Shown: positions 32,486 through 41,812 of the stretch, piece after piece
How positions within the stretch are numbered: position 1 is the stretch's first letter
How the letters are laid out: the number at the start of each line of letters is the position of its first letter
NCBI GenBank assembly: GCA_963798915.1
Contig: CAWCVB010000006.1
Span: 160,001 to 224,000 of the forward strand
Source of the DNA: an uncultured Gemmatimonadales bacterium
GTDB taxonomy: Bacteria > Gemmatimonadota > Gemmatimonadetes > Gemmatimonadales > GWC2-71-9
Direction of reading: 5' to 3'
Length of the DNA stretch: 64,000 nt
Program-made: the position numbers and the translations under genes
The notes under the pieces: model-generated
Database searches by the model: none
What the model was told of the DNA's origin: nothing
The model's input: the letters and a program-made list of their open reading frames with translations, nothing else

Positions 32486-33418
32486 TCAGGTCAGCCAACT
32501 GACGCCGATCGCGACGTCGGTCAGTGCCCAGGCGCCAAGCGCCAGGTACATGCTGCGCTGGTGCTGGCGCGCCGACCATCCGCGCGCTCCGGCAAGCCAT
32601 GGAAGCAGCACCAGGAGCCAGCCAGCGAACGGCACCAGGAGAAGTGTCAGTCGCCATGCGCCGACTGTCCATCCCGTGCGGAAGCCGGCGAGGCCGAACA
32701 ACACAAAAGCTGCGATCGTAGCCGCCACGGCCGTCGCCAGGCTTACGCGCGCACCGAGTCGAAGTGCAAGGGTCCGGTCACCGCGCCTCCGATCTTCGTC
32801 GGCCTGGTAGAGCTGGGTCAGCGGATAGAGGGCGGCGAACAGCAGGCCGAAGCCGGTGACCAGCAGCCAGGCCCACGCCGTGGGCCGAACGCCAGCGGCC
32901 AACCAGCCCGCGAGCGGAGTCAGCGCGCCGAAGCCAACAAGATTGATGGCCCAGTCGGCGCCCGCCACCGCCTTGAGGCGCCATGGTGGCACCGAGTAAA
33001 GGATGGAGAGTACGAAGCAGGCGGCATAGACCACTGTGTAACCGCGTGGCATCAGGACCCAGGCCAATGCCAGACCCAGCAGCATGAGCCCGAGCCCCCA
33101 GCCAAACAAATGCGGCGGCGCGGCTGGCGGCCGCCGCAGGTAGGCGACGTCGCCTTCGTCGTGATCGAATGCCGAATTGATTGCCAGCGTGCCGCCGTTC
33201 AGCAGCACCACCCAGATCACAACCCCAAGCGCACACGCAACCCAGGGTGCGGCAGCTCCTTCCGGCCGGGCGCGGATGGCAAGCAGGCCACCGAGCGCCG
33301 TGTGTGCGGCCATGATCGGCCACTCGGCCGGTCGGAGGTGGAGCAGGTAATCAAATCCCCGGCCGAACAGGCGATAGCCAAGAACCCGGCCGCGGGAGGT
33401 TGCCTCTCGCGCGATCAC
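32486..33418 (-). CDS. UbiA family prenyltransferase
   Basis: LRP, NSAFDHDEGD, YSVPPWRLK, TQLYQADEDRRRGDRT; GTGA overlap with coaX. Confidence 0.85.
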   Translation of the reverse strand: MIAREATSRGRVLGYRLFGRGFDYLLHLRPAEWPIMAAHTALGGLLAIRARPEGAAAPWVACALGVVIWVVLLNGGTLAINSAFDHDEGDVAYLRRPPAAPPHLFGWGLGLMLLGLALAWVLMPRGYTVVYAACFVLSILYSVPPWRLKAVAGADWAINLVGFGALTPLAGWLAAGVRPTAWAWLLVTGFGLLFAALYPLTQLYQADEDRRRGDRTLALRLGARVSLATAVAATIAAFVLFGLAGFRTGWTVGAWRLTLLLVPFAGWLLVLLPWLAGARGWSARQHQRSMYLALGAWALTDVAIGVSWLT

Positions 33419-34194
33419 CAGCGCTGCCCGAGCACCGCGGCGGCCAGTCGAAGGCCTTCCAGAGTGAGATTCGGCTCGACAGCCTCGATGCTGGCGCATA
33501 GCGGAGCGACCAGCCCGGCCAGACCACCGGTCGCGATGCAGCGCGGCGACCCGGCTCCTGGCCATTCGTGGCGAATTCGCGCGACCATGCCGTCGACCGC
33601 GTCCGCCGCGCCGTAGAGGACTCCGGCCTGGATGCACTCCTCGGTCCGGCGACCGATGACCCCGGCCGGCTGCGTCAGTTCCGTGGCCGGCAGCTTGGCG
33701 GCCCGGCGCGTCAATTGATCCGCCGAGGTCCGGAGCCCTGGCATGATGGCACCGCCGATGAAGCGCCCGTCAGCGGTGATGCAGTCGAAGGTCGTCGCGG
33801 TTCCGAAATCCACAACGACCACGTCCGCATGAAACCGGTCGATCGCCGCCAGGACGTTCACGATGCGATCGGCGCCTACCGTGAGCGGCTCTTCGACGTC
33901 GAGCACCACCGGAAGCCGACTGCGAGCCGACACCAGCTCCGGGCGCACACCCGTGGCGGTGGTAACTCCATCCACCACGGCGCGGGTCGCGGCCGGCGCC
34001 ACCGATGCGACGCACGCTGCACGAACCTCGTTGGGTGAGTGTCCGTAATGCAGGAGAAAGCCACTGATGGCGGCGGCCCATTCGTCGGAGGTGCGTTCGG
34101 GGCCGGTCGTCATGCGCCAGGTGGCCATGAAAATCTCTCCACGCACGAGGCCGGCGGTGATTTCGCTATTGCCGATATCCAGTACCAGGAGCAT
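33415..34194 (-). CDS. coaX: Type III pantothenate kinase
   Basis: LDIGNS, VGADR, VDFGTATT, GGAIMPG, ATGG, LTLEGL. Confidence 0.95.
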   Translation of the reverse strand: MLLVLDIGNSEITAGLVRGEIFMATWRMTTGPERTSDEWAAAISGFLLHYGHSPNEVRAACVASVAPAATRAVVDGVTTATGVRPELVSARSRLPVVLDVEEPLTVGADRIVNVLAAIDRFHADVVVVDFGTATTFDCITADGRFIGGAIMPGLRTSADQLTRRAAKLPATELTQPAGVIGRRTEECIQAGVLYGAADAVDGMVARIRHEWPGAGSPRCIATGGLAGLVAPLCASIEAVEPNLTLEGLRLAAAVLGQRW

Positions 34195-34200
34195 GGGATT

Positions 34201-34947
34201 CTACTCCGCGAGAGATACGCGGGCGGCAGCCCGCACCGGAGCGGCGCGCAGCGCCACTACCGCACCATCGTGCTGCCGGATGAGGAGAGCGCCATCGGCC
34301 GAGATCCCAACCGCCACGCCCGGTCGCGGGGCGGCCAGCTGGCGGCCGGCGAGCCAGTCGCGCTCGCCTAAGCGGACACGTTCATCGTCCGCCAGCGGTC
34401 CACGCGCAGCACCGGCAGCCACGACCGCGTCGGCCACGAGCGTGGCCAGCTGATCCAGTTCGGCGACCAGGCCGTGATCCGCCAGGCGCGCGGCCTCGCC
34501 CATCAACGCAGCCGGCAGGTCGTTGGTGACGTTCAGTCCGACGCCGACCACCACCCATGCCGGGCGATCGCCCGTCCACCGCGCCTCGCAGAGGATGCCC
34601 CCTGCCTTGCGGCCGGAGGCGAAGATGTCATTGGGCCACTTCAGCATCAGGTCCCGTGCACCGCGCGCCTCCAGGAGCTCGATGACCGCCAGGCCTACCC
34701 TGACGCTCAGCACGTCCAGCGCCGCCGACTCGCGCGGCCGAAGCAGCACGCTCAGCCACAGACCGCCAGCCCCAGCAGCCCACTCGCTTCCCCGTGCGCC
34801 ACGACCCGCTGTCTGTTCCAGCGCGGCCACGCCGGTGCCGGAGACCGCCCCCTGCTCTGCCAGGGCGTGCACCGCATCCTGGGTGGAGGGGACGGATGTC
34901 ACCCAGCGCACTGTCGAGCACCCGTGGGGCACTATCGCAGCACCCAC
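34201..34947 (-). CDS. birA: Biotin--[acetyl-CoA-carboxylase] ligase (no HTH domain)
   Basis: STQ, QTAGRGARGSEW, KWPND, KAGGIL, GVGLN; start approximate. Confidence 0.92.
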   Translation of the reverse strand: MGAAIVPHGCSTVRWVTSVPSTQDAVHALAEQGAVSGTGVAALEQTAGRGARGSEWAAGAGGLWLSVLLRPRESAALDVLSVRVGLAVIELLEARGARDLMLKWPNDIFASGRKAGGILCEARWTGDRPAWVVVGVGLNVTNDLPAALMGEAARLADHGLVAELDQLATLVADAVVAAGAARGPLADDERVRLGERDWLAGRQLAAPRPGVAVGISADGALLIRQHDGAVVALRAAPVRAAARVSLAE

Positions 34948-35741
34948 AGCAGCACCAGCCCGAACGCGATTCGATACCAGGCGAAGACAGCAAAGCTTCG
35001 GTGCGACACGAACTGCAGGAACGCGCGCACCACCACGAGTGCTGCCACGAAGGAGACGACAAAGCCGATGGCAAAGATCGGCACGTCGCCTGCAAGGAGC
35101 ACCTGCCGACTGGAAACGAGGTCGAACAGCGTCGCAGCGAACATGACCGGGATGGCGAGAAAGAACGAGAACTCGGTGGCGGCACGCCGGCTCAGGCCCA
35201 GGGCATACCCACCCATGATGGTGGCACCCGAACGCGACACTCCCGGCACCAGCGCGAGCACCTGGGCCAGCCCGATCCCCAGTGCAGTGCGGGTCGGCAC
35301 CGCGAACGGGTCATCCCTTCGCACCGGCGGCGCCCAACGCTCAACGAGCAGAATGCCTACACCACCCAGGATGAGCGCCATGGCAACCACCAGCGGTGTG
35401 AAGAGCCATGCCTTGATCTGGTGATGGAACGCGACGCCGACCACTGCGGCGGGAATGAATGCGACCACCAGCGACCATACGAACTGCTGGTCAGCGCGGT
35501 TGGATGCCACATGCCGCATTACGGCGCCGAGCCGTCGCCGGTACAGCCACAGAATCGCAAGCACCGCGCCCAGCTGGATGAAGATTTCGAACGTCTCGGC
35601 GCGCGCATCGGTCCAGCCGAGCAGGTGACCACCAAGAATCAGGTGGCCGGTCGACGAGACGGGCAAGAATTCCGTGATGCCCTCCAGGACGCCCAGCAAG
35701 ACGGCCTTGAGCCAGAGCGGCAGGGCTGCAAGGAACGCCAT
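34932..35741 (-). CDS. uppP: Undecaprenyl-diphosphate phosphatase
   Basis: EGITEFLPVSSTGH, IQLGA, PGVSRSGAT, EFSFFLAIP, FAWYR. Confidence 0.95.
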   Translation of the reverse strand: MAFLAALPLWLKAVLLGVLEGITEFLPVSSTGHLILGGHLLGWTDARAETFEIFIQLGAVLAILWLYRRRLGAVMRHVASNRADQQFVWSLVVAFIPAAVVGVAFHHQIKAWLFTPLVVAMALILGGVGILLVERWAPPVRRDDPFAVPTRTALGIGLAQVLALVPGVSRSGATIMGGYALGLSRRAATEFSFFLAIPVMFAATLFDLVSSRQVLLAGDVPIFAIGFVVSFVAALVVVRAFLQFVSHRSFAVFAWYRIAFGLVLLWVLR

Positions 35742-36865
35742 CAGCCCAGCGTCTCGGTATACAGGCGCTCGTACTGCGGCACCACTTCCTCGACCGAGTA
35801 CCGTTGCGCCTGCTTGATGCAGGCGGCGCGCATCGCCTCCCAACGGTGCCGATCACGCAACAGTTCCACGGCGCGGCGGCCCATCGCTTCCACACTCCCG
35901 ACCGGCTCCAGCAGTCCCGTGACACCATCCTCGACGACCTCGGGAATGCCACCAACGCTGGTCGCCACCACCGGCACGCCGCATGCCATGGCCTCCAGCG
36001 CGGCCAACCCGAAACTTTCCGTCTGGGAGGGCAGCACGAACAGGTCGGACGCCTGCAGCAGCGAAGCGACCGAGTCCAGCCGGCCCAGGAAGCGGACGTC
36101 TTCTCCCACTTCCAGCGAGCGCGCCTCGCGCTCGGCATCTTCCCGTTCCGGGCCATCACCCACCATCAGCAGGGTGGCCGGCATGGCGTGACGGATGCGC
36201 GCGAATACCCGCACGACGTCACGAACGCGCTTGACCTCGCGGAAATTGGACGTATGCATGATCACCTTGTGCCCGGCGGGCGCAACCTGGCCGCAGTTCG
36301 CTTCCGCCGCCGGGCGGTACTCCTCCAGGTTCACAAAATTCGGTATGACCCGGATGTCGCAGGAAATGCATCCGAACGCGCGGTAGGTCTCGTCGCGAAG
36401 ATGTCCCGAGACCGCCGTGACGCCGTCGGACTGCTCGATGGAGAATCGGGTAATGGCGAAGAAGCTGGCTTCCTGGCCCACCAGCGTGATGTCGGTGCCG
36501 TGCAACGTGGTGATAACCTTGACCGGCTGTTCCGCGCCCAGCATTTCCCGCGCAAGGAAGGCCGTCGTGGCATGCGGGATGGCATAGTGCACGTGCAGCA
36601 CGTCCAGCCGCTCCCGGAGCGCAACTTCATGCTGTTTGGAGGCCAGGGCCAGGGTATACGGGAAATGGTCGAACAGGGGGTACCGGCCCATGCGCGTATC
36701 CACTTCGTGGAAGTAGACCCGTTCGCTGTAGCCGTGCAGCCGGAAGGGCATGGCGTACGTGATGAAGTGGACTTCATGCCCCCTCCGAGCGAGGGCGAGC
36801 CCGAGCTCGGTCGCCAGGGCGCCGGAACCGCCGTAGGTGGGATAGCAGGTGATGCCTATCTTCAT
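35741..36865 (-). CDS. bshA: N-acetyl-alpha-D-glucosaminyl L-malate synthase
   Basis: MKIGITCYPTYGGSG, HVHYAIPHA, TTLHGTDITLVG, SNFREVKR, ESFGLAALEAMACG. Confidence 0.92.
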   Translation of the reverse strand: MKIGITCYPTYGGSGALATELGLALARRGHEVHFITYAMPFRLHGYSERVYFHEVDTRMGRYPLFDHFPYTLALASKQHEVALRERLDVLHVHYAIPHATTAFLAREMLGAEQPVKVITTLHGTDITLVGQEASFFAITRFSIEQSDGVTAVSGHLRDETYRAFGCISCDIRVIPNFVNLEEYRPAAEANCGQVAPAGHKVIMHTSNFREVKRVRDVVRVFARIRHAMPATLLMVGDGPEREDAEREARSLEVGEDVRFLGRLDSVASLLQASDLFVLPSQTESFGLAALEAMACGVPVVATSVGGIPEVVEDGVTGLLEPVGSVEAMGRRAVELLRDRHRWEAMRAACIKQAQRYSVEEVVPQYERLYTETLG

Positions 36866-37785
36866 GACTCCGTCCGGGACCAGAGGTGCGCGATCTCTGC
36901 GGCCAGCGTCTCCGGCCCGCGCGTCGCGTCAAGAGTAATGCGCTCGCCGGCAAGCTGGTTCCGGAACCAGGTTTCCTGGCGCTTGGCGTACTGGCGGGTG
37001 CTGATGACGATGTCGTCGACCAGGCCCTTCGACGGGCGTCGGCCATCCAGCACCGCGACGGCGTCCCGCACCCCGATCCCGTCCAGGCCAGGCGCATCAG
37101 GCCCCGCGCCCTCGGCCAGGACTGCGGCCACCTCGCCCATCAGTCCCCGCTGGATCATTTCGCGGGCCCTGCTCTCGATCCGCCGATGGAGGACCGACCT
37201 CGGCACTGTCAGCACGATGTACCACGGGTCGATCGCGCGCCCGGCTCGGGCGGCGCGTTGCCAATAGCTCAGCGACTGGCCGCTGAGGAGCGCCACTTCC
37301 ACGGCGCGCTGCGCGCGCTGGCGACCGCCGCCCCGAAACCCCGGGTCCAGTCGCGCCGCCCATCGCACCAGCTCGAGCGCTTCGCGCCGTGCCAGCCAGG
37401 CGTCCAGCCGACGGCGGGCGCCCGCATCGAGCGGCGGTTCGTGAAAGAGTCCCTCTGCGAGCGCACGCACGTAGAGGCCCGTGCCCCCGACCACCACCGG
37501 CATCGATCCGCGGGCCAGGATATCAGCCACGTATCCGGCCGCATCACGGGCAAAGCGTCCGGCGCTATAGCGTTCTCCCGGCGCGATGATGCCGATCCCA
37601 TGGTGCGGCACCCGGGAAAGTTCGCGTGCAGTGGGTTGGGCCGTGGCCACAGCGAGCCGGCGATAGACCTGTCGTGAGTCTGCGGAGACGACCTCGATCG
37701 GCCAGTGCTCTGCCAGTGCCAGCGCCACGGCGGTCTTTCCGATCCCCGTCGGGCCTACAAGGACAGGAATCCTAGCGACGGCCAA
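36862..37785 (-). CDS. miaA: tRNA dimethylallyltransferase
   Basis: GPTGIGKT, SADSRQVY, VGGTGLY, TRQYAKRQETW; start approximate (TTG 37785). Confidence 0.94.
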   Translation of the reverse strand: MAVARIPVLVGPTGIGKTAVALALAEHWPIEVVSADSRQVYRRLAVATAQPTARELSRVPHHGIGIIAPGERYSAGRFARDAAGYVADILARGSMPVVVGGTGLYVRALAEGLFHEPPLDAGARRRLDAWLARREALELVRWAARLDPGFRGGGRQRAQRAVEVALLSGQSLSYWQRAARAGRAIDPWYIVLTVPRSVLHRRIESRAREMIQRGLMGEVAAVLAEGAGPDAPGLDGIGVRDAVAVLDGRRPSKGLVDDIVISTRQYAKRQETWFRNQLAGERITLDATRGPETLAAEIAHLWSRTES

Positions 37786-39460
37786 ATCGGCGCTCCAGCT
37801 CCTCGCGTGGAAGCTGCACGATCGTTGCCCGTCCGTGCACGTCGTGCGGCGGCAGGGCCGTGCCGAAGAGTCGCGCGAGCAGGCCGCGCATCTCGTCCTG
37901 GCCCAGTTCCTCGCCGGCCTTGACCGCCGCGCGGCAGGCGTAGGTCGCGGCGAACCGCTCCAGGCCGCTGCTCCAGCCACCGAAGCGCCCACGCGCCAGA
38001 TCGGAGACAAGTTCCCGGAAGCAGCGCGCAGCATCGAAGCGCGGATGGGGCGCCGGTACCGCTTGCAGGATGACGCTTCGGCCGCCAAACGCGTCCACGG
38101 CAAAGCCCGCGCGCTCGAGCCACTCGCGATGCGCCTCCAGCGCATCGAGCTCCTCGTCCGTCAACTCGATCGTCATGGGAAGAAGCAATCGCTGGGAGGC
38201 CGCCCCCTGGCTGGTGAGCTGGCCCATGGCTTCTTCGTACAAGACGCGCTCGTGAGCCGAGTGCTGGTCCACGAAGACCAGCGCCTCTTCGCTCTCGTAA
38301 ACGATGTAGCTCCGGAAAAGCTGTCGTGGCAGACTTGCATTCGCACTCGCCGGACCCGCGACGTCGCCTCTCGGGTTCCGGTCCGACCCCAGCACGTCCG
38401 GCAACGCCAGCAGGGAGATCTCCGTTCCGGACGACGCGGGCATCGGCCTCCAGTCGCCGACTGGCACCGTTGCGGCGGACTGGCCAATAGCCAGCCGGAC
38501 CGCCTCTTCCACCGCACGCTCGGCGCCCAGCCGGTCGCGGAAGCGAACCTCCAGCTTGGCCGGATGAACATTCACGTCGACATCCGCAGGCGCAGTCGTG
38601 AGCTGGAGCAGCAACGAGGGTCGATCCCCCGGATGAATGGCGGCGCGATAGCCCGCCTCAGCGGCCCGCACCAGAAATGGATCGCGAAAGGGCCGGCCGT
38701 TGATGAAGAGTTGCACTCGCCGCCCGCTGGGGCGGGCGTCACCCGGCCGCTGGGCGAATCCGTCTACCCGGAAGCCGCCGACCGCATGCGCTACCGCCAC
38801 AAGCGTTCCGGCCATGTCTTCGCCCCAGACCGCCGCGAGGCGCTCTGCCGGTTCTTGCCCAGCAGGCACCGAGAGCCGACGGACGTTCTCGATCTCCAGC
38901 TCGAACCCCACGGCGGGATACGTCAGGGCGAGCGTCGCCACGACATCCGTGATGGCGCGCCCCTCGCTCGCGACCGAGCGCAGAAACTTCCGACGCGCGG
39001 GCGTGTTGAAGAAGAGTCCGCGGACAGCCACAGTCGTGCCCCGGGTGCGCGCGGCCGGTGTTGCGCCGTCCACGCGCCCGCCGGTCACCCGAACTTCGGT
39101 CGCGGCCTCGCCGTCGGAGGTCAGGAGCTCGAACCGTGAAACGGAGGCGATTGCCGGCAGGGCTTCGCCCCGGAACCCGAACGTGCTGACGCCGATCAGG
39201 TCCGCGGCGCTCTGGATCTTGCTGGTTGCGTGCCGGTCCAGCGCGAGCAGCGCGTCATCGCGATTCATGCCTTCGCCATCATCGGCCACTTCGATGAGGC
39301 TCTTGCCCCCCTGCTCCACCCGGATGCGTACCGCGCTGGCGCCGGCGTCGAGCGCATTTTCCGCCAGCTCCTTCACCACGCTGGCCGGACGCTCCACGAC
39401 CTCGCCCGCCGCGATCTGGTCGGCGACGGCGTCGGGAAGAATGCGAATCCGGCGAGTCAT
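37772..39460 (-). CDS. mutL: DNA mismatch repair endonuclease MutL
   Basis: IAAGEVVERPASVVKEL, GFRGEAL, DVNVHPAK, DQHSAHER, ACR, HGR. Confidence 0.96.
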   Translation of the reverse strand: MTRRIRILPDAVADQIAAGEVVERPASVVKELAENALDAGASAVRIRVEQGGKSLIEVADDGEGMNRDDALLALDRHATSKIQSAADLIGVSTFGFRGEALPAIASVSRFELLTSDGEAATEVRVTGGRVDGATPAARTRGTTVAVRGLFFNTPARRKFLRSVASEGRAITDVVATLALTYPAVGFELEIENVRRLSVPAGQEPAERLAAVWGEDMAGTLVAVAHAVGGFRVDGFAQRPGDARPSGRRVQLFINGRPFRDPFLVRAAEAGYRAAIHPGDRPSLLLQLTTAPADVDVNVHPAKLEVRFRDRLGAERAVEEAVRLAIGQSAATVPVGDWRPMPASSGTEISLLALPDVLGSDRNPRGDVAGPASANASLPRQLFRSYIVYESEEALVFVDQHSAHERVLYEEAMGQLTSQGAASQRLLLPMTIELTDEELDALEAHREWLERAGFAVDAFGGRSVILQAVPAPHPRFDAARCFRELVSDLARGRFGGWSSGLERFAATYACRAAVKAGEELGQDEMRGLLARLFGTALPPHDVHGRATIVQLPREELERRFGRR

Positions 39461-39469
39461 ATCCGAAAG

Positions 39470-41812
39470 CTACTCATCCACTCGTTCGACCGCGGATTCC
39501 GGCACCCAACCGGAATGACCAGCCACGTCGACCAGCCACCAGCCCGCACGCCGGCGGCGCAGTGACGCCGTCGTGCCGGGCGGCAGCATGCTCACTTCCG
39601 GGGCGCGACCGTGCGGTGATAGTCGCATCGGGCCTTCGTCCACGATGATGGCGGTTGGCCGATGGTATCTGGCAGCGACCTGCGCCGCGCCCAGGCCCGC
39701 GATAACCGCGACGCTCAACAGCATCACGGCCCGGAGGCGGAACCGGCGTCGATCGACAAAGACGAACGTCCAGCCAGTCAGCCAGGCGGCCAGGGCCAGC
39801 AGGCTCAATTCGTCTGGCGTCAGCGGCGCAACCCAGGTCATCCGTCGCGACCAGGAATCCGGCCCAGGTACAAGCGTCAGTGCCCGGCGAATGCTCGCTC
39901 GGCGCGGTCGCAACCGGGCGGCGTGCAGCCAGGCCGCGCGGGCTCGGGCGTCCGAGCCGAGCCGGTACTCGGCGGCGCCCAGTCCATACCAGTCGGCCGC
40001 GCTGGCATCCAGCGAGTGCGCCCGACGGGCAAAGCCCTCCGCCGCGGCCCGATACGCTCCGGAGGCGTACAGCGATTCTGGTCCCGGAACCTGGGGGTGC
40101 AGCGCCATCGGCGCGATCAATGCCAGTGGCACGAGCATGCCGAGCAGCCGGCGGCCCCGCCGCTCACGATGGCGCGCCTCGCCGCCCACGGCTCGCGTCA
40201 GCTCATCCATTTCCTGCGCGAGCTGTGCCTCGGTGGATCCTTCGCCTCTGTGGCCGTAGCGCACGGCAAGAAATTCATCGCGCACCGCGGCAATGCGCCG
40301 CGCGAGCGCGGCATCGAGCCCCGCCGCACGCAGCGCCGAGGTGAGGGCCGGGCCGGTGCGGACGTCCGCATCCGGTACCAGTGCCCGTAGCGCCGCGAGC
40401 AGGCGCCGGTCGGAGCGTGGCAGGTCGGGTGCGAGGTCGCTGGCCCGCCGGCGAAAACGTCCGTGGTACCAGTCGCGCGTTTCCAGCCCGCCCCAGAGCG
40501 CCAGGGGGAGCAGGGCCAGGAGCAGCCACACAGGCAGCGGCACGCCACGCCAGACGGACCGGGCAATGGGCCTGTGCCCAACCTGAAACAGCGGTGGGGG
40601 TGAGGGACGAGAAGCTTCGCTCTCGGAAGCCGGAGCGACATTGATGATCGCAGCCGGCGCGGTCAGGGTGTGGTAGGTTGCATCACCCAAGTCAAAATAC
40701 GAATACTGAAGCCCGTGCAGGCGAAGCGGTCCGGCCGAATCGGGAAGTGCCAGATACCTGAAGGTCTTGGTGCCTCCCAGCAGACCGTCGTTGCTCTCCA
40801 TGCGATCGTCGGCGCGATCCTGGTAGTGCCGCAGTGTGACCGGCCACTCGATGCCGGGCGCCGGCCACAGCGCAACATTGCCGCTCCCCGCGAGGCGGAC
40901 TTCGACCGGGACCACCTGCCCCGCGCTGCCCGTGGCGGGTACGGTGCGTTCGAGGCGAAGATGGCGTCCCACGGCGCCGGCAAAACCGGACGGGCGACCA
41001 GCGTCCGGCAACGGCCGAACCGTCAGCTGTGCGGAGTTGCTCTCGAGCGAATACCGCTCTTCCTGACTGAAGAACTGCATGGCGACCGGGACGCTGTACT
41101 GCAGGGTCGCCTTCGCGATATCCACGCTCCCCGGCACCAGCGGAAACACGATCTGGTACGACACGAACAGGTCGTACCAGGTATCGCCCACTTTTCGGCT
41201 ATCGGCGATTCCGGGCGGCGTCGGCTGGGGATAACTCCAGACCCCGGACAATGAGGGTGGCGTGAGCGTCGGTGGCCGGCGAAGCCGTGCTCGCAGGTCG
41301 CGCGGAAACCAGGCGGCGGTGACCACGTCCACTTGCTCGCCGACGTAGATACGATCGGCGGAAATGAGCAGCGTCAGTTCGGGTTGGCCGGCGTGCCGCG
41401 GTGGCGGCGCTCTGCGCAGCATGGCGAGGAGTCGTGGATTGAGGGCCGGTGCGCTACCGGACCCGGCCTGGACCTGCACCGAAACGAAGCCGGTCTTGGC
41501 CCGGCGTCCCGACTGCTCGATCTCGAACGGTCCCAGCCGGAAGGTCCCCGCCCTGAGGGCGCTGAGTTCCAGCTCCAGCGTCGTGGTACGCGCGGTCGAG
41601 TCGCTGACGGCCACGGCCGTCTGCTCGCTGCGCGCAAGCACCTGGAAGCCATCGAGGGACGGAAGAATCACCCGAATTGGTGCCGACGAGCGGCTGGTCG
41701 CGGTCACGGTCAGCGTCAGATCCTCGCCGACGGCCAGCCGCGAGCGATCAAGCGTGGCCGTCACCGTGGGCGCCTGGCCCTGGAACGCGACCAGCAACAG
41801 GAGGCCGATCAC
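39470..41812 (-). CDS. BatD family protein fused to BatE-like TPR/TM/SH3 region
   Basis: Repeated YVGEQV / VGEDLTL Ig-like starts, FAGAVG, GSGN; later TPR-like helices, TMs and terminal GWV SH3-like motif. Confidence 0.75.
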   Translation of the reverse strand: MIGLLLLVAFQGQAPTVTATLDRSRLAVGEDLTLTVTATSRSSAPIRVILPSLDGFQVLARSEQTAVAVSDSTARTTTLELELSALRAGTFRLGPFEIEQSGRRAKTGFVSVQVQAGSGSAPALNPRLLAMLRRAPPPRHAGQPELTLLISADRIYVGEQVDVVTAAWFPRDLRARLRRPPTLTPPSLSGVWSYPQPTPPGIADSRKVGDTWYDLFVSYQIVFPLVPGSVDIAKATLQYSVPVAMQFFSQEERYSLESNSAQLTVRPLPDAGRPSGFAGAVGRHLRLERTVPATGSAGQVVPVEVRLAGSGNVALWPAPGIEWPVTLRHYQDRADDRMESNDGLLGGTKTFRYLALPDSAGPLRLHGLQYSYFDLGDATYHTLTAPAAIINVAPASESEASRPSPPPLFQVGHRPIARSVWRGVPLPVWLLLALLPLALWGGLETRDWYHGRFRRRASDLAPDLPRSDRRLLAALRALVPDADVRTGPALTSALRAAGLDAALARRIAAVRDEFLAVRYGHRGEGSTEAQLAQEMDELTRAVGGEARHRERRGRRLLGMLVPLALIAPMALHPQVPGPESLYASGAYRAAAEGFARRAHSLDASAADWYGLGAAEYRLGSDARARAAWLHAARLRPRRASIRRALTLVPGPDSWSRRMTWVAPLTPDELSLLALAAWLTGWTFVFVDRRRFRLRAVMLLSVAVIAGLGAAQVAARYHRPTAIIVDEGPMRLSPHGRAPEVSMLPPGTTASLRRRRAGWWLVDVAGHSGWVPESAVERVDE

